Positions 1 to 12,874 of a DNA stretch of 64,000 nucleotides are shown here, piece after piece (the first letter of the stretch is position 1; each line of letters starts with the position of its first letter). A model generated the notes under the pieces. It saw nothing but the letters and a program-made list of their open reading frames with translations. It did not search any database and was not told where the DNA came from. Source of the DNA: Octopus vulgaris (taxonomy: Eukaryota); the NCBI GenBank assembly GCA_951406725.2, contig OX597814.1:219294001-219358000 (forward strand), in the 5' to 3' direction. A program made the position numbers and the translations under genes.

Positions 1-175
1 GCACTGGGAATGGTAATATAAACATGCATCGCATTCTTTCTCTCTCTCCCTCTCATTCTCCCTCTCTCTCTCTCTCATTCTCCCTCTCTCTCACATTCTA
101 TCTCAAACACATACACATATACACATATACACATACGCACACACACGCACACATTCATGCATATAAACCTGAAAC

Positions 176-533
176 TCGTTTGCTTGCCAATCACATGGTT
201 CCAGGTTCAGTCCCACTGCATGGCACCTTGGGCAAGTGTCTTCCACAATAGCCTTGTAAATAGATTTGGTAAATGGAAAATGATTGAAGCCCATCGTATA
301 TATGTGTGTGTGTGTGTGTGTGTGTGCGTGTGTGTGTGTGCGCGCGGGGGTTTGTGTCTGTGTTTGTCCTCTATCATTGCTTGATAACCGGTGTTTGGTG
401 TGTTTACGTCCCTGTAACTTAGCGAAAAAAAATCGATAGAAAAAGTTCCAGGCTTTAAAAACAAATAAGTACTGGGGTTGATTTATTCGACAAAAAATTC
501 TTCAAGGCGGTGCCCCAGCATGGCCGCAGTCTA
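176..533 (+). mobile_element. SINE family A (tRNA-derived head, internal (TA)/(TG) tract, LINE-like 3' tail)
   Basis: B-box-like GGTTCAGTCCC, then CCTTGGGCAAGTGTCTT, an internal microsatellite and the tail GGCGGTGCCCCAGCATGGCCGCAGTC. Matches copies at 13545, 15480, 49138 and 60155. Confidence 0.85.
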
Positions 534-745
534 AGAGGAAAATTTGGGGAAACGCCGAATTAGAGATTATGCTAAGATTATGCTAAGCCAAACTAATACC
601 AAGCAACACATATTGCTGTAGAACAGTGGTTCCCAAACTTTTTTCTTAGTGCCCTCACCCCAACTAACCATCACAAAGATAGACCACTTTCTGAAGCAAA
701 TTCAAAGTAGCTGTATTTCACAAATAATATTTAACCTTCTGGTCA

Positions 746-920
746 AGGCGGCGAGCTGGCAGAACCGTTAGCACGCCGGGCGAAATGCTTAGCGGCATTT
801 CGTTTGTCCTTACATACTGAGTTCAAATTCAGCCGAGGTCGACTTTGCCTTTCGCCCTTTCGGAGTTGATAAATTAAGTACCAGTTGCGTACTGGGGTCG
901 ATCTAATCGACTGGCCCCCA
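746..920 (+). mobile_element. SINE family B (tRNA-like head plus Deu/Nin-like domain)
   Basis: AGGCGGCGAGCTGGCAGAACCGTTAGCACGCCGGGCG...GAGTTCAAATTC...GCCTTTCGCCCTTTCGGAGTTGATAAATTAAGTACCAG; many copies in the window. Confidence 0.85.
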
Positions 921-1659
921 CTCTCTATTGTGATCATTCGTCTTTTGGTTTCCTGTAGCTTTGCTCTCTTTTACAAACCCAGTGAACATATATTTCCTAT
1001 TTCAAAGAAATTCAAACAATAGATATAAGACACAAGTTAAAAAGATTCTCAACAATTCAACTTCTCTGGTTGACATTAAGATGCCCACCCCCAACAGGGG
1101 TCTTGACTCTCACATTTTTGAGCTCCATGACCTTCATTTTTCAGGAGCAAAATCTTTTTAACCGGTTCAATAAGACTGGAATTTTGGAATACGCGCATAA
1201 AAATCAGTAGTATGGGATATATGTGGCACGATTACAATTTGGGGGGGGGGGGTGTAAAGCGGGAAATAACCCTCATCTGCAATTTTGATGAAATTCGAAA
1301 CATATATATTCCAGTTCGTTAGAGAAAATATAACAGAAAAGTCTAATTCTTCAATTGTATGTAACACGGGCATCGCCAAGTATCTCTGCTAGTTATTCAT
1401 ATGTTTAACATCGGCGTATTTGGTAGGAAAATATTGAGTGAATTATCAATTCAAATATTTGTTTTTTGAATTTAGTGGCAGAATTAAAGATATCCTTATT
1501 TATTTATATTTGTTTCATCATAATATATAGTAATTTTAAATAAAATATATTTTCTACTCCACCATATTTTTTTAATATATTACATATTTTATAGGTATTG
1601 ATATATTACAAAATGGCCAGTGATTATTTTCGATTAAAATACTTTCCGATTAATACTAT

Positions 1660-1890
1660 TGGAGATCCATAAGAACATTTCCTGACCGTTGTAAATTTTC
1701 TTTACCTAATTATTTTATCTATTTGAATTGTGTTGTTCTTTTTATTGTATTTATCATGTATTTGAATTATTAACGCTTATGCTTCTAAACATAGGTATTT
1801 TTTGAATCAGTATTTTTGAAATTTGGTAGTCCTTACATGGAATTTCGTCTGTTTTTTTAAACCATGGCCCTTGAGAGGTTTGTATACATA
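1660..1890. repeat. Unit of an AT-rich tandem repeat (~285 bp period), interrupted by a LINE
   Basis: Direct repeat of ~3700-3930 (GAGATCC.TAAGAACAT...CCTTACATGGAATTTCGT). AGTGTATATGAGTCGAA recurs at ~3672 and ~3956. Confidence 0.7.
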
Positions 1891-1904
1891 GATTTATTAA
1901 TTTT

Positions 1905-3615
1905 TTATTTATTTATCAGTTCCAGCCTCAAAGCTGTAGCCATGCTGGGTCACCACCGTTTTGCTACACTGTTATTAGCGAGAGCCTCCTCTTATTTGTG
2001 GCATTTGGTAAACAAGGGAGTTTTTGGTATCGCTGTCCTGATTTGCACCTCCTGCCACGAGGGAGGTTCATCTGGGACTCTCGACAGGAAGCGATTCAGT
2101 TTTGATTTGAAAACTCCTACTTCCACTCTGAGTAGGTCCCTCAGGCTCTTTGGGAAAATATTAAAAAGCTGTAGGCTCCTGAATCCCAGGCTGTTGCAGT
2201 AACGAGTCCTGAAGCGCGACGGCATTACTGAGATATTTGGTACCGTGCAATGGCGACCCGTTCTAGCATTTGTGTGGCTTTCAATGCCAAAGTTTGGCAC
2301 AATCCCTTCCAGGATCTTCCATATGTATATTACTGCATATCTCTCCCGTCTTTGCGGGAGTCTTAGCTGTTTCAGCCTTTCCTAGTAGCTGAGCCGTTGC
2401 AATAAGCCGATCTTTTTTGTGAAGCTTCGCTGTATTGCTTCAAGGTCCGCTGTTAATTTTACACTGTGGAGTGATCATAGTTGGGAGCAGTAGTCCAGGC
2501 GGATGAGGACGAATGTCCTCCAGAGGACCATCATAGTTTCCTTCTCTCTGGTTCTGAAGGTTCTCAGGATCCAGTAAGCCAGCGGTCTGTATTTTGTCGC
2601 CATCTTGGTGATGTGCACTTGGAAAGAGGTATCATTACTCATGTCGATACATGATTTAAGTTCTGGGATTGTAATCCACCGTGGGCCAGTGTACCCTGTA
2701 AGTTTCACGTTCAGTTTTGGCCGCTGGTAGCGCAGGGTTTGAAATTTTTCAGCATTAAACTGCATAGTATTTTCCTCAGTCCATTTCTAAATTAAGTCCA
2801 ACTCCTGCTGCAGGCGTGCAACATGGCAAGGATTTTGTATTGTCTGTGAGACTTTCGTATCGTCTGCGTGGCTAGGAAGGGTGGTCATCGGGACAGCTGA
2901 GGGCATATCTGAGAGGGTCACTATGAAAAGCAGTGGTCCCAAGACAGTGCCCAGTGGAACACCACTCACTATTTGTGTTTTCTTTGAGGTGGTTCTGTTG
3001 TCCACCACTGCCTGACTTCTATTTTCAGTCATGTAACCACTCTCCAAGTTTTCCAACTATGCCAGGATCACGCAGTTTGTGACATATCATACCAAGATCA
3101 ACTTTATTAAAAGCATTTGCAAGGTCAATGTATATTACGTTCACATTTGAGTTGTTGAGTAACTGCCTCAACACCCAGTCATAGTTCTGTAGGAGCTGGG
3201 TTAGGCAGCTCTTACCTGGTCGAAAACCATGCTGGGTATCACTCAGCAAGTCGTTTTCTTTAAGGAATGCGATTAGTTTCCCTCTGACTATTCGTTCCAT
3301 GACTATGCTGATGTGCTAAGTCAGAGAGATAAGCCTACAATTTTTGGCATTTGCCCTTCTACTTCCTTTATGGATTAGGCATATTATTCCCTCTTTTAGT
3401 TTGCTCGGCAACTTGCCATTTGTAAGAAAACTCTGGAAGAGAATCTGTAGTGGTTTCGCCAGGGCACGTTTACACGATTTGAAGAGGATAACTGGCAAAC
3501 CATTAGGGCCAGTAATTAAGTTTGTGTCCATGGCTAGTATTATATCTTCTTCACCAATGTTCACTTGTCTGTGTTCCAACGGGGTGGTAAAGACACTTTT
3601 GAACTAGTCATTCAG
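1905..3615 (-). mobile_element. 5'-truncated, degenerate CR1/L2-group LINE (RT domain to 3' tail)
   Basis: Frameshifted ORFs carry QHGFRPGKSCLTQLL, DLANAFNKVD, SGVPLGTVLGPLLF, HADDTK, RLDYCSQL and FKSKLNRFLSRVPDEP; (TAAA)n tail near 1910. Confidence 0.9.
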
Positions 3616-4054
3616 TTTTTATAATTCGGGTTTTTATAAATTTTTATGATCCTGGTTTTTATGAATTCATTAGTGTATATGAGTCGAAACAAATATTATT
3701 AGAGATCCTTAAGAACATCTTATGACCGTTGTAAATTTTCTTTACCTAATTATTTTATCCATTTGAATTTTGTTGTATTTTTTAATGTATTTATTACGTA
3801 TTTGAATTATTAACGCTCTTGCTTCTAAACACAGGTATTTTTTGAATCTATATTTTTGCAGTTTGGCAGTCCTTACATGGAATTTCGTATGTTTTTTGGG
3901 TTTTTTTTTATCAAAGAAGCCCGTATACATAGATGGGAATTTGTTATAATTCACCAGTGTATATGAGTCGAAGCAATTTATTGGCTTTATATGTGTTTTT
4001 TTTAAAATTTGCTATGTTCTGTTATTTTATGTTATATTTTTTAAAGTATACTAC

Positions 4055-4210
4055 TTCTATGGCAATCCCTCAAGGTCGAGGATGATGGTCTTCGCGCAAA
4101 TTTATTGGTGAGTCCGAAGGTGACTGATAAGACCAATTCTTGCTCGAAAAGATCGGTCACAGTGCGGACAATTTCACGCACAGGCGTCTTCGCCACCACT
4201 CTTCTTCTTC
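4055..4210 (-). mobile_element. 3' end of an RTE-clade LINE
   Basis: The minus strand translates to CPHCDRSFRARIGLISHLRTHQ*, the typical RTE C-terminal C2H2 motif, followed by a short 3' UTR. Confidence 0.8.
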
Positions 4211-4456
4211 TTTCCATTTTTTAAAGTATATTGTATAATATTATAATGTAAATAAATTTTTAGTTTGTCAATCGTATTTCTCTATTTCATCTTATATTTG
4301 TATATTGTATTTATACACTTTTATCTGTGGTATTCAACCGTTGTACCAGTGAGAATTGCATATTTTACATCCCTTTGAAGGAATTGCTTTTTCCTTCGTT
4401 TGTTTTATTATTATTATATAAAATGTATATATACACACACAAACGTACATTTGCGC

Positions 4457-4682
<226 letters not shown>

Positions 4683-4959
4683 CACGTATTACTGCAGTAT
4701 TTATGTTGAGATATCATCTCGTATGAATGAGCTGTTAAAAACGCAATAGATATCGAATAGAGACTCAACTGCAGCATCCTTGTCCCATACTCAATGCATT
4801 CTGGAGGCGACGAACTTCCGTCCGAGCATTTGGCTATCTACAAGTACTCGCTTTTGGAAAAGCACAAGGAAATGGAAATGCTTCTGGCGTTCTCGCTTGC
4901 TGCGATAAATTTTCGTCTTCGTCTATTTATTGTTTTTCACACTGGCACGTCCATAAGAG

Positions 4960-5407
4960 ATTTTGGCAATCTTTCGTCTCTAGTAGACTTTTCCGTCGAT
5001 TTCCGTAAATTTTTTTTTTTTTTTACATATGGGCTTGCGGGAACTTTTGAAGTAATATACATACATATACACATACACCGAGTAAAAAATTTCAGTTATC
5101 TCTCTCTTTCACACATTACTCTGTCTCTTCACACACACTAACAGAAGCACTTCACTTACACAACATACTGTCTGTCTCCCACACCCCATCAAACACACAC
5201 ACACACACGCACATACACACACATGTACATCAATACTTCCCCTGGACGGTAACTTCAAAAGAACTTCCCTAGTCATACAATCGCTTTCTCTTAGTCTCTT
5301 TCGCTCTCATTACTTCAAAAGTTCCCGCAAGCCCATATGTAAAAAAAAAAAAAATTTTTACGGAAATCGACGGAAAGGTCTACTAGAGACGAAAGATCGC
5401 CGAGATT
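4960..5407. mobile_element. MITE-like element with ~95 bp terminal inverted repeats
   Basis: GGCAATCTTTCGTCTCTAGTAGAC...GGGAACTTTTGAAGTAAT (~4965-5056) is the reverse complement of ATTACTTCAAAAGTTCCC...GTCTACTAGAGACGAAAGATCGCC (~5309-5401). Confidence 0.85.
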
Positions 5408-5823
5408 TTATCTTAGGACAACTACCGTTGTAACTAGTTTATCAACAATGTATATTAATTGTGATATACCAATGAGTACCTAAATTAAACACTGCCTCAG
5501 TTGCTTAACCCGGGTATTTATGAATCTGTATAAATATAGATACATACGTATATATAGGTAGTTTCTGTCATTAAAAAATTTCCGTTCTATAAATAAATAC
5601 AGGTGTGGCAGGATGCATTTATGGGTGCGTATACATACACTTGTATGTATCGCATATACCGTAATATGTTCGTAATTTGATAAAAGCTTACCTGTCAGCC
5701 AGCCTAAAATGAGACATTGATTATTAACAATAGAAAAAATACCGGTGTCGTTAAATATCCGGTTTATGAGGAAATATAATATATTTATGAAGAAATACAA
5801 TATAATACAATATTATAATAAAG

Positions 5824-5859
<36 letters not shown>

Positions 5860-6301
5860 ATTTATATTATACATGCGTTATACATACAAATGCACATATA
5901 AATATAAATATATTTAAATTGGAAATTTGAATGACAATTGTTTTTTTATTCATAAAGAATGTAAAGCATTTTACTGATAGAATTTATTTATAGATTTGTA
6001 ACTTTTTCATCTTGCAGAATGTTAAGAAACTTTTCCATATCTGTCTTTCTGTTAAGAACATTCTTGATTAAGAATTATATATATATATATATATTTGAGT
6101 AATTGAATGAATTATCTTATTAAGGATAAATCGAAAGATAACCGATACCTGGGTAGCAAATTCACATCAGAAAGAACACGGTTGAAGCTACGTCGCTAGG
6201 GCATAGACTACGTGTCTTTGTGCGGAAATTTGTATGTTTATTTTAAAATTATAAGTATATGAAAGAATGGAGTTGAACGACTAGTTAACAAATATCCTTT
6301 A

Positions 6302-6384
6302 TTCTCGACATATGTTTCGAAGGCTGCAGATTCCTAATTCCGAAGGAATAAGGAGTACATTATGCAGATTTCTCTTCGGGAAAA
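6302..6384 (-). ncRNA. Minimal type I hammerhead ribozyme motif (U4C core variant) in a (TA)n-flanked element at ~6095-6600
   Basis: Minus strand: UUUUC CCGAAGA gaaaucugca...ugcagccuuc GAAAC AUAU GUC GAGAA. Helices I and II pair; helix III is the palindrome ACAUAUGU. Confidence 0.7.
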
Positions 6385-6599
6385 TCAAGGAAACTTATGT
6401 CGACATCAAAATGCACAAAAATTTGAAGGGCTCCTGTTAGCAGGTCAGCTGAAACGTTTTTGTATTTTGATGTCGATATTAAGTTATATTTTCCTGAATA
6501 ATTTTGTTATATATTTCGGAATAATATAAATTAATTCGATATGTATTCGGCTTAAATTTTGTTATTGTTTGATTTTTCAGATAGTGGTTTTGTCTCAAA

Positions 6600-6670
<71 letters not shown>

Positions 6671-6952
6671 GAAAAATACAAACTCGGACAAGAACGTAAA
6701 ACATTTAGAAGACGATACAAAAAACACGGACGGGACATTCGAAGCCTTAAATATTTAGTCAAGAACCGGATCATCCTAGAAATTTCGGCTGATTAATCTT
6801 GAGATCGCTCCGATCCGGCCAGCCCCAAGGAAAAACTAAGCTACGAGCATTAGATTTCTTGGAAGAAGGCTCGAATGTATACGAAACAGGGACAGAAAAA
6901 CGGACGATGCCACACGAATATAAAATGCAAAAAACAATAATGGTAAAAACAG

Positions 6953-7030
<78 letters not shown>

Positions 7031-7120
7031 CCTACATATATATGTATATATGTACGTATGTATGTATGTATGTATGGCATGGTATGTATGTATGTATGTA
7101 TGTATGTATGTATGTATATA

Positions 7121-7267
7121 TAAGGCAAATAAGAAAATAGAGAGGATATAAAATTGACTAACATCAGTCAGTAAACAATCCATTATACTTATTTATTAAA
7201 TGATAACAAACATGTGTTTAAGTGGTACAAGTAAACGAATGAGATCAGCCAATAAATACATAAACAG

Positions 7268-7298
<31 letters not shown>

Positions 7299-7493
7299 TG
7301 AATGAATAATAATAGATGAGTGTACGGATACAAATCACTTACGGCCGTTTCTACCATGAAGCCTCAGAATCTTCCAATCTTACTTGAACCACTTAAATAC
7401 ATGTTTGTTATCATTTAATAAATAGATATAATGGAATGTTTACTGGCTGATGTTTGTCGATTTTATATCCTCTCCATTTTCTTATTTGCCTTA
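7121..7493. repeat. Fold-back element with ~113 bp inverted arms around a degenerate hammerhead 3' half
   Basis: Arms at ~7121-7233 and ~7381-7493. The spacer holds TACGGCCGTTTC (7340-7351), i.e. GAAAC GGCC GUA on the minus strand. Confidence 0.75.
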
Positions 7494-7659
7494 TAAATTG
7501 TGGGTAAATTTCGAATTTACCCCCACCCATCCCTAGTATTCAATTGCACTATTGTCATGCAATAGTAAGCACTTGGTTAGAAATACGTATGTGTACATCC
7601 AGTAGTATACTGGATATTTAATATCCCTTAGATGGTTTATTAACATCTAATATATATTC

Positions 7660-7711
<52 letters not shown>

Positions 7712-7740
7712 ATAATATGTGACAATTATTCGGTAGCCAT

Positions 7741-7801
7741 GATAAAACTCCGAGTTTCGGATGTCGGAGCGGAAACCCACCACGGTATCTCTTCAGTTAT
7801 C
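7741..7801 (-). ncRNA. Type I hammerhead ribozyme motif (intact core) inside a 53-bp-arm fold-back at 7705-7918
   Basis: Minus strand: GAUAA CUGAAGA [imperfect helix II] GAAAC UCGGA GUU UUAUC. Helix I GAUAA/UUAUC is perfect. Confidence 0.75.
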
Positions 7802-7987
7802 GGGCTATCAAAAAATGCTATGAAAATGACCGTTAAACAAAGGGAAATTACTGTGTTGCATAGTAAAACTCGGAGTTTTATCATGGTTACTGAATAATTG
7901 TCACATATTATATTTACAGATAAATTCCTCTATTAACATAATATCGAGGTCTCTTTCATTCTTTTGTTGTCTAACCATTTCTATCAA

Positions 7988-8057
<70 letters not shown>

Positions 8058-8600
8058 AAGAGAGAAATTGAAGTATTATTGGCAGAAGCAAAAGCACCAT
8101 ATGTATGTATGTTTGCGTGTTTGTATGCATACATGCATGTACTTATGTATGTATGTATGCATGCATGCATGTATGTCTGTATGTATGTATGTATGTGTAT
8201 TTGTGTGTGTGCGCAACTGTATGAGTGTGTATAGGTTTATGTTTACAACCAAACAACAGATTGCTCAATACATGGTGTACAGTTTACGCATTATAAGTTG
8301 TATCATAGGTTACAGATAGGATCATATGTTTTTTCCTTTATTTTATTACTTGCCCTTGAAACTTATGATATAACGAAAATAATTTGTTAACATAGGAAAC
8401 AAATCCGGGGAAAAATTGTTGAAATTTTTCTGGTTTGATATTTTGTAAATTTCAATTTCAATATTCTGAAGTTTTCCTATTCAAATAAGAATATATTACG
8501 GTGAACCCTCGTTGAACCGAACTAATAAAAGAAAGGATTTTCTGTTTTATCCAATTGTCTAAGTTAACCGACAGGAGGGCTTATTACTGTATACGTACAA

Positions 8601-9190
8601 AGGGCGGCAAGCTGGCAAAATCGTTAGCACGCCGGGCAAAATGCATAGCGGTATTTCGTCTGCCGTTACGTTCTGAGTTCAAATTCCGCCGAGGTCGACT
8701 TTGCCTTTCATCCTTTCGGGGTCGATTAAATAAGTACCAGTTACGCACTGGGGTCGATCTAATCGACTGGCCCCCTCCCCAAATATTTCGGGCCTTGTAC
8801 CAAGAGTAGAAAAGAATTATTAGCACGCCGGGTGAAATACTTAGCAGTATTTCGTCTGTCTTTACGTTCTGAGTTCAAAGTCCGCCGAGGTTGACTTTGC
8901 CTTTCATCCTATCGGGGCCGAAAGTACAAGTGAAACACTGGGGTCGATATAATCGACTGGGCCCCTCCCCCAAAATTTCGGGCCTTGTACCAAGAGTAGA
9001 AAAGAATGGTTAGCACGCCGGGTGAAATACTTAGCAGTATTTCGTCTGTCTTTACGTTCTGAGTTCAAAGTCCGCCGAGGTTGACTTTGCCTTTCATCCT
9101 ATCGGGGCCGAAAGTACAAGTGAAACACTGGGGTCGATATAATCGACTGGGCCCCTCCCAAAAAATGCTTTGTGCCTTCAGTAGAAAGGA
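8601..9190 (+). mobile_element. Three tandem SINE B units, the last two near-identical (190 bp period)
   Basis: TAGCACGCCGGGTGAAATACTTAGC starts at 8821 and again at 9011, and both units share the same diagnostic variants. Confidence 0.85.
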
Positions 9191-9299
9191 TTATTGTACA
9201 CGTACACTATATTGGCAATATAGAAACAATGACGCTATATCAATGTCTCTATATCAATGATGATACAGAGACAATAACACCGCTTGAGTTTGATATGCA

Positions 9300-10750
9300 A
9301 AATACATATAAGCAGTCCTTTAGGATGGTGGCAGTCTATGCTCCAAAAGAGGATAGTCAAGCAGTCTTTTTTCGGGACTTGGAGAATTTCCTAGTGACGT
9401 CGAAAACTTCACTTTTAACCGGAGACTTCAACACTATTCTCAACGTGCGGGTGAATAGTGTAGGCTCGAATTACAGAAGAGGAAGCGGATCTTTTCCTTT
9501 TGAACGGCAGACAATTTCTAGTTAACTAAACACTTTAAAACTTCGTATACTGGTAGAATGTGTCAAAATAAAACATTTTTTTCTCTTGGCTTTCTTGAGA
9601 AAATTGTAATTTGTTTGTTTAACGTAGTTTAATTTTTCGAATTTTAACTAATCCTATGCTCTCTTTTGAGCTAAAATCCTTTGCTGCGTCTAAAACTGAG
9701 ACAACATCCTGTAACTAACCCTAAACCTCCCTTAAAGATTTTGGCCAAGGTGCTGGCAAAAAGGTTGACGGTTGTCGCGGAGAAAATTGTCGGGAAGGCG
9801 CAAACATGTGCCATCCCTGGCAGGTCGATCCAGGACAATCTTCATCTCTTACGCTACACCTTAGACAGGGTAGGTAAAGTTTCCGGTAAAGATGGGGCAC
9901 TGGTCCATTTAGACTAGAGTAAAGCCTTCGATAGGGTTGACCAACCTCCCTGGAGGCATTTAAACCCGGTTTGATTAAAAGACTAAACACGACTGAATGG
10001 CAAAGGGAATGTCGGCAGGCACTTGCGCTAATCGACGCGGCGGGTAAGGAAGGCCAGCATCGGGAATACCACGTCTGCATTTTACAAAGGGTTGGTAGAG
10101 TTTAAAAGTGACGACGTTCTAGGAGAGACTCTGGGACTCGATAGGGACCAGCTATCCAACCTGTTTCGGAACACTTTCGGGGTAGGGTATTTGGACAATT
10201 ACCAAAGATCCCTGACCTGGCAGTGTTTCAGGAACGCGTTACCTGTTTACGAGAAATTGTCCAGGCACGGGATTTCAGTGCCACCCGAATGTCCAAGATG
10301 CGGCCAGGATAAGGTTCCTTGTTTTCTATGTACAGTCGCAGTCATGAAAGAGTGTGCATGGAGAACTAGAATGCAAGGTTTGACGTCAGGGAACTTCATC
10401 TCCGGCTCTGGAATGCTATATTACTTCAGGTACCACCTGAAAAGCAAGATAGGGCTGGAGAGAAGACACCTGTCGAAAATAGCGTATGAGGAAAGATGGA
10501 AGGATGTGGTAAGGAAGTTGGGAGTGTATGTCCCTACTTAACCCATTCCGGATAAAATAAAGGTGTAGCCGTTGGAACTTAAAAAAAATAAAATAATAAG
10601 TCAGAACTAAAGTAATATCAAAATAAAAAAACAAAAACATATGTCATTTTAATATATTTTTGTAAAAAATAACTCACTAAATAACCCTTCTAAATGTTTG
10701 TAGTGCCCTGTGTTGTCCCATCTGTGTCTGATTGTATAATCGTAATAAAG
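9300..10750 (+). mobile_element. Heavily deleted Tx1/L1-clade LINE (APE, RT and zf-RVT fragments)
   Basis: VAVYAP...LLTGDFN (APE); KILAKVLAKRL...QTCAIPGRSIQDNL...LD*SKAFDRVD (RT); WQCFRNALPV...CPRCGQ (zf-RVT). Confidence 0.85.
9486..9728 (-). mobile_element. Partial copy of the TTAGGG-containing MITE (see 27305) nested in the Tx1 remnant
   Basis: Begins with the TIR CGGATCTTTTCC.TTTGAACGGCAG and carries AAACTTCGTATACTGGTAGAATGTG and CTAACCCTAA, shared with 27305-27720. Confidence 0.7.
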
Positions 10751-11006
10751 AGAATTGGTGGGTTCGGCTATTCTGCATTGATAAGGGGCAAATACACTGA
10801 AACTAGTCTGCAGATGCTTGACCAACAAGGGGAAGCGTCTGACCTCCCCTGTTCGAAGGTTATAATGGACACAGGTTCGTGTGTCACATAGCTAGCTAGA
10901 GGTGATGGCCTCTTGGAGCTAATCAACGGCAGCATTCGTCCTATATTTCCGGACTGCCATATTAGCTTGGGGATAACTATTAATATATATATATATATAT
11001 ATATAT

Positions 11007-11082
<76 letters not shown>

Positions 11083-11166
11083 GTAACAACAAAAGAATAG
11101 GACCTCGATATTAGGTAAATAGAGAACATTTATATGTGTATGATTTAGAACAAGCAGTAAGTTGTC

Positions 11167-11231
11167 ATAATAGCCGATGAGAATACATCATAGCTCTTAG
11201 CTCTGGCATTCGAAACTCTGAGTACTATCAT
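11167..11231 (+). ncRNA. Type I hammerhead motif (CCGAUGA variant) with helix I extended to ~39 bp
   Basis: AUAAUAG CCGAUGA GAAU...AUUC GAAAC UCUGA GUA CUAUCAU. The flanks 11135-11173 and 11225-11263 are inverted repeats. Confidence 0.75.
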
Positions 11232-11269
11232 GACAACTTACTGATTGTCCTAAACTATACATACATATG

Positions 11270-11322
<53 letters not shown>

Positions 11323-11387
11323 GGTAAGATGAGAAAATAGAGAGGTAATTAATAAATTATTATTTATTAATTAAAAAATTAACAAAT

Positions 11388-11476
11388 ACGCCTTATAGCT
11401 GTTTCAATTCCAGAGCTTCGGGAAATCAAGTAATAAAATTTAAAATTATTTTAAAGTCGAATCTCTTCAGAGGTAT
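11388..11476 (-). ncRNA. Type I hammerhead motif with one helix III mutation
   Basis: Minus strand: AUACCU CUGAAGA GAUUC...GAAUU GAAAC AGCU AUA AGGCGU. Confidence 0.6.
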
Positions 11477-11582
11477 TTTAAGATATACAAAATAGGTGTT
11501 CAATTCCTACATGTTGAGTAAACGGCTACAAATCGTTAACGGTTGCAGCCGTTCTATATATATATTATATATGCTCTCTCTC

Positions 11583-11676
<94 letters not shown>

Positions 11677-11799
11677 TAAATTAGCGATAAAACCACTATT
11701 AGGCAAATCATACAATGAAAAACTTAAGCCTATACATAAGATTAATTAATTTATATTATTTAAATATATATCAAAATTATTAAAAAAGATAATTAATAT

Positions 11800-11868
11800 A
11801 ACACTACGATCGTTTCATGGCTGTTCAATTCTTAAAATTTTCGAGTTACAGTCATTCTTCAGGTGGTT
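11800..11868 (-). ncRNA. Minimal type I hammerhead ribozyme motif (intact core) in a (TA)n-flanked element at ~11680-12020
   Basis: Minus strand: AACCAC CUGAAGA AUGACUGU...ACAGCCAU GAAAC GAUC GUA GUGUU; palindromic ACGAUCGU. Confidence 0.8.
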
Positions 11869-12017
11869 TACATATCTAAAATATAATCAATATTTTTAAG
11901 ATATAAATAATATATATAATATAATAATTTTACTTATAATAAACTCTATTATCAAATATGATTATATCCAAATCGACTATAATTTCCCTGTAAGTTTGGA
12001 TTTATTCCCTAATATTT

Positions 12018-12091
<74 letters not shown>

Positions 12092-12190
12092 TTACTTGGA
12101 AATGGATGCGTGGCGTTGAATCAAATAATAATAATATAAATAATGTATATATATATATATGCATACACACACATACGCACACGCACACAC

Positions 12191-12247
<57 letters not shown>

Positions 12248-12874
12248 CGCATATACGGGTACAGGACGTCACAAACAGTAAACGACATCAAATACGAAAA
12301 CAAATGTGTTGAATACGCAAACAACGAGAGAAAAAATGGGAAACAAGACGGGTAACAAAAAAACGACCCTTCATCAGTTGTCGCCTGCCTATCTACTCCT
12401 TATTTCGAGCGTTAAACGACAATATGAGCCTTCGAAGGCAGTTGCTCCCACAAAAGCCAAAATAAAATTTGGGATTTCTGGAGGGTCAAAGTTGGGAGAA
12501 AAGAGGATAGTGGAGACATACAAGGAAACCGAACGAAAACAAACATGGAGGGTTGTTCGAACAGAACGTGGGACAAATAGGGAACAGTGAGAGAAATATT
12601 TTCTTTGAAAAGTGAAAAGATAGAAGAGTGAGTCTGGAGATGTCCAGTCCTTAGAACGTCCGAGCAAGAAAGAAAGCTGGTCATGTAAAGGTCAAAGTTA
12701 CGAACAAAAACAGGACAGTGGAGACACACAAGGAAACCGACCGAAAACAAACATGGAGGGTTGTTAGACCAGAACGAGGGTAAAATAGCGGAGACTGGAG
12801 AAATATGAGTATTCAATGTCTAAGAGGATGGTCCAAATTACGTGTAGCCTTGAGTAGTACGTTGTTGGTATGGG

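Noticed and set aside
6670-6955. (TA)n-flanked unit with a short inverted repeat (CATTCGAAGCCTT / AAGGCTCGAATG)
   Set aside because: It resembles the ribozyme elements in context, but no recognisable core remains.
7705-7918. A/G differences between hairpin arms as fossil A-to-I editing
   Set aside because: There are only two sites, and they are indistinguishable from ordinary transitions.
12360-12830. CUGAUGA on the minus strand near 12372-12378 with a nearby GAAA, in an element with ~80-bp internal direct repeats
   Set aside because: I could not build helices I-III in any hammerhead topology. It is probably a retroelement UTR, but that is unsupported.
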